Of a stretch of DNA of 20,107 nucleotides, positions 7,963-16,288 are shown in pieces. Position 1 is the first letter of the stretch. Each line of letters opens with the position of its first letter. A model generated the notes under the pieces. The model made no database searches. It was not told the origin of the DNA and saw nothing but the letters and a program-made list of their open reading frames with translations. Made by a program: the position numbers and the translations under genes. Source of the stretch: an uncultured Deinococcales bacterium (GTDB lineage: Bacteria > Deinococcota > Deinococci > Deinococcales > JAAFIG01); assembly GCA_964244895.1 (NCBI GenBank), contig CAXTKV010000086.1:1-20107 (forward strand). The letters run 5' to 3'.

Positions 7963-9078
7963 ATGCCAAAAACACCGTCCAGATCAGCCAGGAAACCCGC
8001 CGCCAAAACCGTTCAGGAGGCCGCTCCCAACACCTACGGCGGTGTCGGGGCTCGGGTCGCGGGCGCACCGTTGCGGGTCGCGTTGGTCGGCGCGGGCGGC
8101 ATCGCGCTGACGCACCACAAAGCCTACGTGGCGGCGGGCGCGGACGTGATCGCCATCGCGGAACCCTTCGAGACGACCAGAAAACTGCGCGAAAAAGAGT
8201 GGGGCGTGCGCGGTTACGCCAGCCTCGAGGAACTGCTGGCCGTCGAGGACATCGAGGCCGTCAGCGTCTGCACGCCGAACGCGTACCACTTCGACGCGAC
8301 CGTCACGGCGGCCAGGGCTGGCAAGCACGTGCTGTGCGAGAAACCTCTTTCCATGAGCCTGGATCAGTGCGAAGAGATGATTCAGGTCGCCAGAAAAGCG
8401 GGCGTGGTGCTTCAGACCGGGCATCACCTGCGATCCAACATGCTGGTGGAACGCGCCAAGGAACTGATCCAGGCGGGCGCGGTCGGGCGCGTGACCTTCA
8501 TCCGCTTGCGTCAAGCCCATGACTGGGGCGGCCACAAGGCCGTTCGCGCCAGCTTCGGGCTGCTGGAAAACTCCGGCGGCGGAACCTTGCTGGACAACGG
8601 CTGCCACATGATGGACCTGGCGCGCAACCTGGGCGGCAACGTCAAGAATTTATTCGCGCGCATGGGCACCCTGGGCGCTTGGGAAACCACCGTCGAAGTC
8701 GAGGACACCAGCGTCGTGAGCCTGGAAATGGAATCTGGCGCGCTGGTCAGCGTGGAAAACGCCTGGACGGCCACCGGCTGGGAGGAAGGCTTCTGGGTGT
8801 ACGGCACGCACGGCGCGCTGGAATGCACCAACCGCCTTGGGCCGCGCACGCTGCGCCACGTCTACCGCGCCTCGCCCGGCACGACCTGGGACAAGCCCGA
8901 CGAGACGATCTACCGTTTCGTCGACGAGGGCGGTCACTCGCGCGCGATCGTGAATTTCATCCGTTCCATCCGCGAGGGCGCACCCGTGATCTGCACCGGC
9001 GAGGACGGGCTGGAAGCCGTGCGGCTGGTGCTGAGTTCCTACGAGAGCGCCAAAAAACACAAACCGATTGATTTATAA
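7963..9078 (+). CDS. Gfo/Idh/MocA family oxidoreductase
   Basis: Likely ATG 7963; VALVGAGGIA, VCTPNAYH, HVLCEKP, GGGTLLDNGCHMMD. Confidence 0.93.
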   Translation: MPKTPSRSARKPAAKTVQEAAPNTYGGVGARVAGAPLRVALVGAGGIALTHHKAYVAAGADVIAIAEPFETTRKLREKEWGVRGYASLEELLAVEDIEAVSVCTPNAYHFDATVTAARAGKHVLCEKPLSMSLDQCEEMIQVARKAGVVLQTGHHLRSNMLVERAKELIQAGAVGRVTFIRLRQAHDWGGHKAVRASFGLLENSGGGTLLDNGCHMMDLARNLGGNVKNLFARMGTLGAWETTVEVEDTSVVSLEMESGALVSVENAWTATGWEEGFWVYGTHGALECTNRLGPRTLRHVYRASPGTTWDKPDETIYRFVDEGGHSRAIVNFIRSIREGAPVICTGEDGLEAVRLVLSSYESAKKHKPIDL

Positions 9079-9130
9079 AAAACCGTCCAGCACGGTATTC
9101 CTCGGGATAAAGAACGCTGTCTGGGACGAT
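9079..9130. repeat. Intergenic palindromic repeat
   Basis: AAAACCGTCCAGCACGGTATTC immediately after the TAA, plus a degenerate inverted arm TGTCTGGGACGAT. Confidence 0.8.
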
Positions 9131-9153
9131 GCCCACGAGAAAGGGGAGCGGCA

Positions 9154-9705
9154 ATGGAATGGTTGAACGAACCCCCATCCTGGAATCTCGAGGGCGATGA
9201 CCTGAACGCGGGCGCGCTGGACATGGTGACCGGACAGGACACGGACTTCTGGCGCATCGCGCACTACGGCTTCACTGCCGACAACGGCCACGCGTACCTC
9301 GAGCGGGCGACGGGTGATTTCACCGCGCACGTCAATTTTTCCGGCGATTACACCGCGCAGTACGACCAGGCTGGGCTGATGCTTCGGCTGAACGAGACGC
9401 ACTGGATCAAGGCGGGCACGGAATTCGAGGGCGGCAAGATTTGCCTGTCGGTGGTCGTCACGCGCGAGTTCTCCGACTGGAGCGTGGTTCCCCTGGATAT
9501 TGCACCTGAACGCCTCTGGTTGCGCCTAGAACGCGCCGGTGACGCCGTGCGCGTGGATTATTCTCTGGACGGCGAACACTTTGAAATGCTCCGGCTGGCG
9601 TACTTCCCGCCCGGCCAGGCCGTCGGGATCGGGCCAATGGCCTGCTCACCGAAACGCGCCGGATTCAGGGCGCGCTTCACGGGCTTCAGGCTCGAGCATC
9701 CTTGA
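9154..9705 (+). CDS. DUF1349 (concanavalin A-like, Ree1-like) protein
   Basis: MEWLNEPPSW, TDFWR..HYGF..DNGH, YDQAGLM, WIKAG.E, VVTREFSDWS, GPMACSP motifs characteristic of DUF1349. Confidence 0.88.
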   Translation: MEWLNEPPSWNLEGDDLNAGALDMVTGQDTDFWRIAHYGFTADNGHAYLERATGDFTAHVNFSGDYTAQYDQAGLMLRLNETHWIKAGTEFEGGKICLSVVVTREFSDWSVVPLDIAPERLWLRLERAGDAVRVDYSLDGEHFEMLRLAYFPPGQAVGIGPMACSPKRAGFRARFTGFRLEHP

Positions 9706-9777
9706 GGCGGCGCGCGCTCCCTCTCGAGAGCGAGAACAGCCCTGCTTGCGAACGCAGTCGGAAACGTCTCGAGTGAA

Positions 9778-9802
9778 GGGTAGGGACGAGCCCTACCCCT
9801 AC
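9778..9802 (-). repeat. GTAG-type REP sequence
   Basis: Minus strand GTAG-GGGTAGGG-CTCGT-CCCTACCC: GTAG plus a perfect 8-bp stem. Confidence 0.7.
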
Positions 9803-9920
9803 AAAACCGTGCTCTGTGCGAACAACCTTCGCGGTTGGCCTCGCGTGAACGCCTTCTCGAGACTGACTGTTGCAACCCATCTCTGCCCGAGAATGACGCG
9901 ACGCGCGAAGCTCTGATTCA

Positions 9921-10010
9921 CGAGAACACCGTTCTTGCTCACGGAAGAGCACCTGACGGGCTGTTCGCGCTCCAGCACGCATGTTTTGAAACGCGTGCTG
10001 GACGGTGTTC
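9921..10010. repeat. Composite repeat: palindromic pair whose left arm is interrupted by the 39-bp module (9932-9970)
   Basis: CGAGAACACCG-[TTCTTGCTCACGGAAGAGCACCTGACGGGCTGTTCGCGC]-TCCAGCACGCAT ... ACGCGTGCTGGACGGTGTTC. Confidence 0.78.
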
Positions 10011-10027
10011 TTTCGAGAAGTACCAGT

Positions 10028-10591
10028 TCAGGAATTCGTTTTTTTCATGCTGACGGGCGCGCCCATTGGCCTGACGTTGGCTCCACCGCGCCCCAGCGTG
10101 ATGGTTCTGTCGGTTACACCGGCTGAAGTCTCCGCCATCGCCCCCGAGACGGGCGATGGAAACGCGAAGAACATCTCCAGCACGCGCGAGAACCGCGTCT
10201 GGTTGGCCGTGTAATTCAGGTGCGTCGGGCTCGATCCCGTCCAGCCCATCAGCTCGCGCGGCAATTCTGGCAAGGGGTTCGGGTAGGCCGTCGACGAGAC
10301 TTCCAGCCCGGTCGTTCCGGCCTCGCAGCGCACATCCATGCGCGGGTAGTAAATCAGGTCGCTCGAGGCGGTGTAGTTGCGCACCACGATCATGTCCGCC
10401 CAGAACCGTCCGTTCCAGCGATCCAGCACCTCGCTGGCGGCTTCCGCGCGGAAACCCAGGACGTTGTTCTGCAATTCGTCGCGTCCGGTGCGGAACGCGT
10501 TGATGTTGCGGAACGAAATCCAGACCTTGCTGAAATGGCGACGGTAGTAAATCTCGATGGGTGCTTGAGTTTCAACGCCGATCCCGCGCAT
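10028..10591 (-). CDS. Hypothetical protein (187 aa), no recognised family
   Basis: ATG 10591 preceded by GGAGG; open frame with plausible high-GC codon usage and globular composition. Confidence 0.7.
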   Translation of the reverse strand: MRGIGVETQAPIEIYYRRHFSKVWISFRNINAFRTGRDELQNNVLGFRAEAASEVLDRWNGRFWADMIVVRNYTASSDLIYYPRMDVRCEAGTTGLEVSSTAYPNPLPELPRELMGWTGSSPTHLNYTANQTRFSRVLEMFFAFPSPVSGAMAETSAGVTDRTITLGRGGANVRPMGAPVSMKKTNS

Positions 10592-10775
10592 ACGTGCCTC
10601 CCGTCTGATGCGTCCATCATGCCGTGCGCTTGGATGAGCTTGAGGAGTCTGCACCCAGCCTACAGCGTACCGAGTGGCATTTTGGTGTGTGGGAGCGCGC
10701 CTGAATGCAGAACCTCGAGTCTCGAGCCGTCTTTTTCGGCCCGCAGCGATCCGACTCGCGCATTTTTAACGCACG

Positions 10776-10839
10776 AAAAACCGTCCTGGACGCGAAATCT
10801 CGAGAAAGAGATTCGATTGCATCGTCCAGGACGGTCTTC
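10776..10839. repeat. Intergenic palindromic repeat, inverted pair
   Basis: AAAAACCGTCCTGGACGCG ... CGTCCAGGACGGTCTTC. Confidence 0.85.
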
Positions 10840-10885
10840 TGATCAGTTCAACCCGACATCTCGTTCGATGCGCGAGGCTCGAGTC

Positions 10886-11809
10886 TCAGGCTTTCCCGGC
10901 GCTGCCCAGCACGCCCATGCGGTGCTTGGCAATTTCTTTCATCAAGTCCTTGCTCGGCCCCAGAATCTTGCGCGGGTCGAACTCCTTCGGGCTGCCCAGC
11001 AGCACCTCGCGCACGGCGGTCGTGAAGGCCAGACGCAAATCGGTGTCGATGTTGACCTTGGCGATGCCGTGCTGCGTGGAACGCGAGACATCCTCGTCGT
11101 GAATGCCCGCTGCGTCTCCGATCTCGCCGCCGGTCGCCTTGAAGCGCTCCGTCAACCATTGCGGCACACCGCTCGCGCCGTGCATCACCAACGGAACTGG
11201 CGTCAGGGCCGCGATCTTCTCGATGCGCGCGTGATCGATGAACGGGCGGCCTTTACCTTTATACGCCCCGTGAGACGTGCCGATGGCGACCGCCAGGTAA
11301 TCGATCCCGGTGCGCTGCACGAACTCTACAGCCTCTTGCGGATCGGTCAGGAAGGCATCCTCGGCGCTGACATCGACGTGCTCCTCGATGCCACCCAATC
11401 GGCCCAGTTCGGCCTCGACGGTCACGCCGCGCGCGTGCGCCATGTCCACGACTTCCTTGGTGATGCGGATGTTTTCTTCAAAAGCATCGTGGCTGGCGTC
11501 GATCATGACGCTGGTGAAGCCCGCGTCGATCGCGGTCTTGCAGCTCTCAAACGACGACCCGTGGTCGAGGTGAATCGCGACCGGAACGTTCACCCGCGAA
11601 GCCATGTCCGCGATCAGATGCGCCAGGTTTTCCGTGCCCGCGTACTTGCGCGCACCCTCCGAGATCTGCAAGATCACCGGCGATCCGGTTTCCGTGGCGG
11701 CATCCAGCACGGCCTGCGTGGTCTCGAGGTTGTTCGTGTTGAACGCGCCGACGCCGTAACGACCCTGGCGGGCAGCGGTCAGGATGATTCCTCCGGTGAC
11801 AAGTGGCAT
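10886..11809 (-). CDS. fba: Class II fructose-1,6-bisphosphate aldolase
   Basis: YGVGAFNTNNLE, IHLDHG, SVMIDAS, VEAELG, AIGTSHGAYK, LVMHGAS, KVNIDTDLR, FDPRK; GGAGG RBS. Confidence 0.96.
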   Translation of the reverse strand: MPLVTGGIILTAARQGRYGVGAFNTNNLETTQAVLDAATETGSPVILQISEGARKYAGTENLAHLIADMASRVNVPVAIHLDHGSSFESCKTAIDAGFTSVMIDASHDAFEENIRITKEVVDMAHARGVTVEAELGRLGGIEEHVDVSAEDAFLTDPQEAVEFVQRTGIDYLAVAIGTSHGAYKGKGRPFIDHARIEKIAALTPVPLVMHGASGVPQWLTERFKATGGEIGDAAGIHDEDVSRSTQHGIAKVNIDTDLRLAFTTAVREVLLGSPKEFDPRKILGPSKDLMKEIAKHRMGVLGSAGKA

Positions 11810-11906
11810 AAGTGTTCCTCCGGTTCCATCTTACGATTTCAGTCGCGCGCAGGCGCGAGCGCCAGGTGAGTGCCTCAGCCCGGAGCGCCCTGAACGCTCC
11901 GAGCTT

Positions 11907-11967
11907 CGAGAACACCGTCCAGAACGCGTTTTCTTGAGGCTAAACGCGTGCGCGCTGGACGGTCTTC
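11907..11967. repeat. Intergenic palindromic repeat, inverted pair
   Basis: CGAGAACACCGTCCAGAACGCGT ... TGCGCGCTGGACGGTCTTC. Confidence 0.85.
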
Positions 11968-12007
11968 CGTTCAGGCTCGAGCGATGACCTGAACGCGATC
12001 CCGCCAG

Positions 12008-12044
12008 AAGAAAGCCACCTCGAGCATTCAGGCTCGAGGTGGCT
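12008..12044 (-). terminator. Putative intrinsic terminator of the TPR-SPOR-rex-lipoprotein operon
   Basis: Perfect 13-bp stem AGCCACCTCGAGC/GCTCGAGGTGGCT (12013-12044) with a 6-nt loop, followed on the minus strand by TTCTT; 18 nt past the stop at 12063. Confidence 0.7.
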
Positions 12045-12062
12045 CAAGATCAATCCTTGAAA

Positions 12063-12542
12063 TCAGTAAACGGTGATCGGCGGGTTGGCCGTGACCACGG
12101 CGCTCAGACCGTTGTTGCCAGAAACCGTGTACGAAACGATCTTGACGACGTTCGTGCTGGGTTGCGTCCGCCCGAAACCGAGGCTGTAATCGATCGTGAA
12201 CGGTCCGCACAGACTGGATTCCGTCGCGGTCGGAACCGGGCAGGGATCGGTCGAAACACTCGTCGCCAGCACGCCGCCGCCTTGCAGCACGAAATTGCCG
12301 ACCGTGCCAGCCGGTGATCCGGGCAGCGTCCTGACTTCGATCGTGGCGATCAGGTTCCAGTCGTCGACCGTGATCGTCTTGGTGGAATCGGCGGGATCGG
12401 GAATGGCTTTGGGCGTGTTCACCAACGAGCTTTTCGGAACCGAAATCGAAACAGTCGGCGTACCGACCGGTTGAAAGTTCGTGTTGCAACCCACGACCCC
12501 GACCATCACGCCCGCCAGCATCACCGCTAATAGTGCCTTCAT
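12063..12542 (-). CDS. Hypothetical lipoprotein (beta-rich, two internal Cys)
   Basis: MKALLAVMLAGVMVGVVGC signal peptide/lipobox; ATGA overlap with the rex stop; AAGGAGG RBS. Confidence 0.82.
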   Translation of the reverse strand: MKALLAVMLAGVMVGVVGCNTNFQPVGTPTVSISVPKSSLVNTPKAIPDPADSTKTITVDDWNLIATIEVRTLPGSPAGTVGNFVLQGGGVLATSVSTDPCPVPTATESSLCGPFTIDYSLGFGRTQPSTNVVKIVSYTVSGNNGLSAVVTANPPITVY

Positions 12543-13210
12543 TCGTTTTCCTCCTTGAGATCCTTGAGGTGCGGGTTGAGGATGTAGAACGCGAGGCGTT
12601 TCATACCCGCCATGAAATCCACCTGTTCCACAGCCACGTCGTCCGAAACCTCGAGTACGGTGGGCGCAAAGTTGAGTATGCCCTTAACACCAGCTTGCAC
12701 CAAAGAGTGGGCTGCGTCCTGTGCTTTTTCCACAGGAACGCAAATAAAGCCCATGTCGACGCTGTTTTCGCGCGAGACGCGTTCCAGGTTTTCGGGATGC
12801 TGGATCGGCAAACCTCTCATCAAGCGACCGATTTTTTCGGGATCGATGTCAAAAAGGCCCTTCAGCTCGAAATCGTAGAGGTTGTTTTCGACGTAACCGG
12901 GGTAATCGGCCAGCGCCTGCCCCAATCGGCCCATGCCGATGATCACGACGTTCCAGCGGCGGTTCAGACCCAGAATGCGCTGCAGCTCGCGGCGCAGGGT
13001 CAGCACGGTGTAGCCCATGCCGCGCGTGCCGAAACGCCCGAAGTACGCCAGGTCTTTTCTGACCTGGAAGGCGCTGACCTGGGCTTCCTCGGCCAGGTGG
13101 TCGCTGGAGGTGCGGTTGACGCCAGATTTCTCGAGGTTCGTCAGGATGCGCAAGTACGTCACGAGCCTAGAAATGGTGGCGGTCGGGATCGACATTTTAT
13201 CGTTGGGCAC
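12539..13210 (-). CDS. rex: Redox-sensing transcriptional repressor Rex (alternative start 13195)
   Basis: ISRLVTYLRIL, AFQVRKDLAYFG.FGTRGMGY, IIGMGRLGQALADY, FDIDPEKIG, GILNFAP; closely resembles Thermus Rex. Confidence 0.96.
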   Translation of the reverse strand: MPNDKMSIPTATISRLVTYLRILTNLEKSGVNRTSSDHLAEEAQVSAFQVRKDLAYFGRFGTRGMGYTVLTLRRELQRILGLNRRWNVVIIGMGRLGQALADYPGYVENNLYDFELKGLFDIDPEKIGRLMRGLPIQHPENLERVSRENSVDMGFICVPVEKAQDAAHSLVQAGVKGILNFAPTVLEVSDDVAVEQVDFMAGMKRLAFYILNPHLKDLKEENE

Positions 13211-13250
13211 GGTGAAAACCTCGGTATTTCAGCTTTGCGCTTCGCGTCAC

Positions 13251-14333
13251 TTATTTGGTTACGGTGAAAGGCTGGTAGCCGCGCCGTTGCAGGCTCGAAC
13301 GGTTTTTTCTGAGCGCGTCCGCCGACAATGGCCCGACGAGGACGCGGGTGAATCCGTCCGGTCTGGAGCTCAGGAAGGCCGGGTAGCCGGAGCTGCGCAG
13401 TCGGGTCATCAATGGTGTCGCGCCTGCGGTGTTGCGGAAGGCCGCGACCTGAAGGTACGCGCCTTCATCCGTGGCGATCACGGTCGGTTTGGGTTGAACC
13501 GCGCTCGGTGCAGGGCTGGACGCGTTCGATGTCTCTGGGGCGCGACTGCGACTGCCGTCCGGGCGGTACAGGATCGCGTCCGGGTAGCTGGATTGCACGC
13601 GTTGCAGGGCGGTGCGGGCGGCGGATTCACCCGAGTACGGCCCGACCACCACCACCATCACGTTGCCGGATGGCACGGCGATGGCGGGCAGACCCCTGGC
13701 GCGCAATCCACTGACGGCGCTGTTGGCTCTGGCCGAGCTGCTGAAACTGCCGATGGCCACGCGGTAGTTGCGCAGGAACTGTGACCTCGAGGTGGCGGCT
13801 GCGGCGGGTGGTGCTGGCTTGGCGGTCGCGATCACGGTTTTCGCCTGTTTGATCGGCTTGGCCGCCATGACGGTGGGTTCGCTCGGGCCGTTTCCGCCGA
13901 GACCGGAACCGGGTTCCGGCTTGAAGGTCGGGGCGGGTTTGGTCGCGCTCGCTGCGGGTTTGGTGGTTGCGGGTTTGGTGGTCGTGGGTTTGGCTGGTGT
14001 GGGTTTGGAAGACGCAGCAGGAGGCGCAGGAGGGCTCGCCGGGGGCTTCGGCGCAGTGACTGGGCTGGGCGGCGTCGGAGGGCGTGTGACGACAGCCTGT
14101 GGGCTGGCTGGTGGCGCGACCGCTGGTGGTGTGGGGGCTGGCGGCGCGACCGGAGGCGCGGCGGGCGGGCTGGGTTCAGGTGCGCTGACCGCTGGGTTGA
14201 CGGAACCCGGCGGGCTGGGATTGGCGACGCTCAGCGGCGAACCGCGAAGGAGCAAGGCTGCAAATCCACCGATCACGCCCACGATCAGCGCGATCATCAG
14301 TGCGTCCACCCAATTGCGTCGCCACCAGTTCAT
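13251..14333 (-). CDS. SPOR domain protein (N-terminal TM anchor, Pro/Thr/Ala-rich linker, two SPOR domains)
   Basis: TM helix, long PPA/KPT linker, YRVAIGSF...VVVGPY and YLQVAAFR...RVLVGPL SPOR motifs. Confidence 0.88.
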   Translation of the reverse strand: MNWWRRNWVDALMIALIVGVIGGFAALLLRGSPLSVANPSPPGSVNPAVSAPEPSPPAAPPVAPPAPTPPAVAPPASPQAVVTRPPTPPSPVTAPKPPASPPAPPAASSKPTPAKPTTTKPATTKPAASATKPAPTFKPEPGSGLGGNGPSEPTVMAAKPIKQAKTVIATAKPAPPAAAATSRSQFLRNYRVAIGSFSSSARANSAVSGLRARGLPAIAVPSGNVMVVVVGPYSGESAARTALQRVQSSYPDAILYRPDGSRSRAPETSNASSPAPSAVQPKPTVIATDEGAYLQVAAFRNTAGATPLMTRLRSSGYPAFLSSRPDGFTRVLVGPLSADALRKNRSSLQRRGYQPFTVTK

Positions 14334-14334
14334 C

Positions 14335-15876
14335 TCACTTGCACTTTAACTGGTTCGCGGCCTGACGCGCTGCATTCGACCCGAGCGCGGCGGCTCGAGC
14401 CAGCGAGGTGCAGGCTTCCTCGGTGCGGTTCAGGTTGGCGAGCGCGAAGCCCAGGTTGGTCAACGCGTCCAAGTTGTTCGGATCGACGCTCAGGACGCTT
14501 CTGAGCACCTGTTCGGCGTCCGCGAAACGCTTGGCGGCAAAATAGACCGCGCCCAACGCGGTGCGGGCTTCGACGGCGGCGGGGTTGAGCTTGACTGCCG
14601 CCTCGAGCGCGCTGATGGCTCCGGGCATGTCCTTGAGCTGGTATCGCGTCAGGCCGTACCAGAGCTGGTAGGCGTACACTTCCGGTTCGGCGGCCACTAG
14701 GGCGCGCAACTCCGTGGAGGCGTCGTTGAACTGTCCGGCGTTGTAGGCGCTGCGGGCCGCCAGGAATCGAGCGCGGCTTTTTTGCGCCGGGTTGGAAAGC
14801 AAACCCACGGCGGTTTTCGCGGCGGCATACGCTGCTGGGTAGTTCTTCATGGCGTCGTGAGCGGTCGCGATGGCCAGTTGCGTGTCACCGTCGTCGGGTT
14901 TGATCCGCAGGGCGTTCTTGAAGCGCGCCAGGGCATCGGCGGGTTTGGTGGTCAAGAGCAGCACGCCGAGGTTGTACTGCGCTTCCCAACTGTCCGGGTT
15001 GGCATCGGCGGCGGCGCTGAAGGCCGCGACCGCTTCCGTACTGCGCCCGACTTTCTGCAGGATCACGCCGCGTTTGACGAACAGATCTGCGCGATCTTTG
15101 GGCGTCTTGAGATTGCTCAGCGTGTCGTCAATCTCGCGCAGGGCGCGTTCGGGCAGCCCCTGGGCGCTGTAAATGTCGGCGATCAGCAAGACCGCGCCCG
15201 TGTTGGACGGGTTGTTCTTGCGGACATCGAAGGCGATCGGCAGCGCATCGCTGGGCTTTCCAGCGTCGAACAACGCTTGGGCGCGACCCAGCATCAGGCT
15301 CGGATCTCCGGGGCGAAGCTCGAGCGCGGAGGCGTAAGACGCGGCCACCCCGTCGAAATTCTTGCTGTTGCGGTACTGGGATGCCAGCGCCAGGTAGGTG
15401 TTGACCAGGATGGTGTCTGGAGCTTTGACGCCCTTGCCGACTTCGACGGCTTTGCTGAAGGCCTTGATGGCCTCGTCGGGTTTGCGCAGGCGCGCGTAGA
15501 CGACGCCCTGCTGGTAGTACGGCTCGAGCCGATCCGGGTAGAGCGCCGCCAACTGACCGTATTCCAACAGAGCCGCGTCGTAATCGCCCTGTTCGTAGAG
15601 CGCGCGCCCGAGGTGGAAGTGCGCCTCGAAGCTCTTGTAATCGCGCCGGATGGCTTCTTCCAGGGACAGTTGCGCGTCGCGGAACCGTCCGACGCACAAA
15701 TACGCCTGCCCGAGATCCACCAGCGCTTTGACATCGGTGGCGGGTGCGGCCTTGGCTTTGGCCTCGAGCGTGACCACGTCGGCACATTTTTCTTGTGCGG
15801 CTGCCACACCCGATCCGATCAGCAGGGCCACGGGCACGGCCAGGATACGGGTCCATCTCGTTCGGGTCAGTCGCAT
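14335..15876 (-). CDS. Secreted tetratricopeptide repeat (TPR) protein
   Basis: ATG 15876 after GAGGAG; signal peptide ending AAA-Q; many 34-aa TPR units (EAHFHLGRALYEQGDYDAA, EAQYNLG, DALTNLGFALA). Confidence 0.9.
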   Translation of the reverse strand: MRLTRTRWTRILAVPVALLIGSGVAAAQEKCADVVTLEAKAKAAPATDVKALVDLGQAYLCVGRFRDAQLSLEEAIRRDYKSFEAHFHLGRALYEQGDYDAALLEYGQLAALYPDRLEPYYQQGVVYARLRKPDEAIKAFSKAVEVGKGVKAPDTILVNTYLALASQYRNSKNFDGVAASYASALELRPGDPSLMLGRAQALFDAGKPSDALPIAFDVRKNNPSNTGAVLLIADIYSAQGLPERALREIDDTLSNLKTPKDRADLFVKRGVILQKVGRSTEAVAAFSAAADANPDSWEAQYNLGVLLLTTKPADALARFKNALRIKPDDGDTQLAIATAHDAMKNYPAAYAAAKTAVGLLSNPAQKSRARFLAARSAYNAGQFNDASTELRALVAAEPEVYAYQLWYGLTRYQLKDMPGAISALEAAVKLNPAAVEARTALGAVYFAAKRFADAEQVLRSVLSVDPNNLDALTNLGFALANLNRTEEACTSLARAAALGSNAARQAANQLKCK

Positions 15877-16070
15877 GCTCCTCTTCTCCCCCAGGTGTTG
15901 GCTCACCTGACCTCGAGTGTTTGCCGGTTTGGGCCTGCGTGTGCGGCGGAACTCGAGGTTAACACGTCAAAATCTGTCGTTCTGAACCTGATTCGCCCCT
16001 CGATTCTAGGGCCGTGGGGGTGTGCGCCCGGTGAAAATCCGTCACGATCATTGCAAAAAATAAAGTTTTG

Positions 16071-16116
16071 TGCGCCAGACGGTCTTCTTCTCGTCGCTCG
16101 AGACCGTCGCGGACGC
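16071..16116. repeat. Intergenic palindromic repeat, two degenerate arms facing outward
   Basis: TGCGCCAGACGGTCTTC ... CTCGAGACCGTCGCGGACGC. Confidence 0.6.
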
Positions 16117-16288
16117 CGTTTGTTTTTCGGCGCACGTTATTTCTCAGTGCAAGTTGACGAGATCTCGAGAGAGGTCAGTGAGGGCGGGAAAGGTGAAAGG
16201 TGAAAGCACAAAGGGAAAGGTTAGACCATCAGACGCCCGAGATATGGGAACGCCTGCCATCACTTTTTTTACCTTCGTCAACACGTTC

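Noticed and set aside
13790..14220. Low-complexity repetitive DNA within the SPOR gene
   Set aside because: Explained by an ordinary Pro/Ala/Thr/Lys linker.
16031..16045. Possible Rex operator GTGAAAATCCGTCAC upstream of the TPR-SPOR-rex operon
   Set aside because: The GTGA-TCAC spacing is 7 rather than the 6 of TTGTGAA-N4-TTCACAA, and the outer TT/AA bases are missing.
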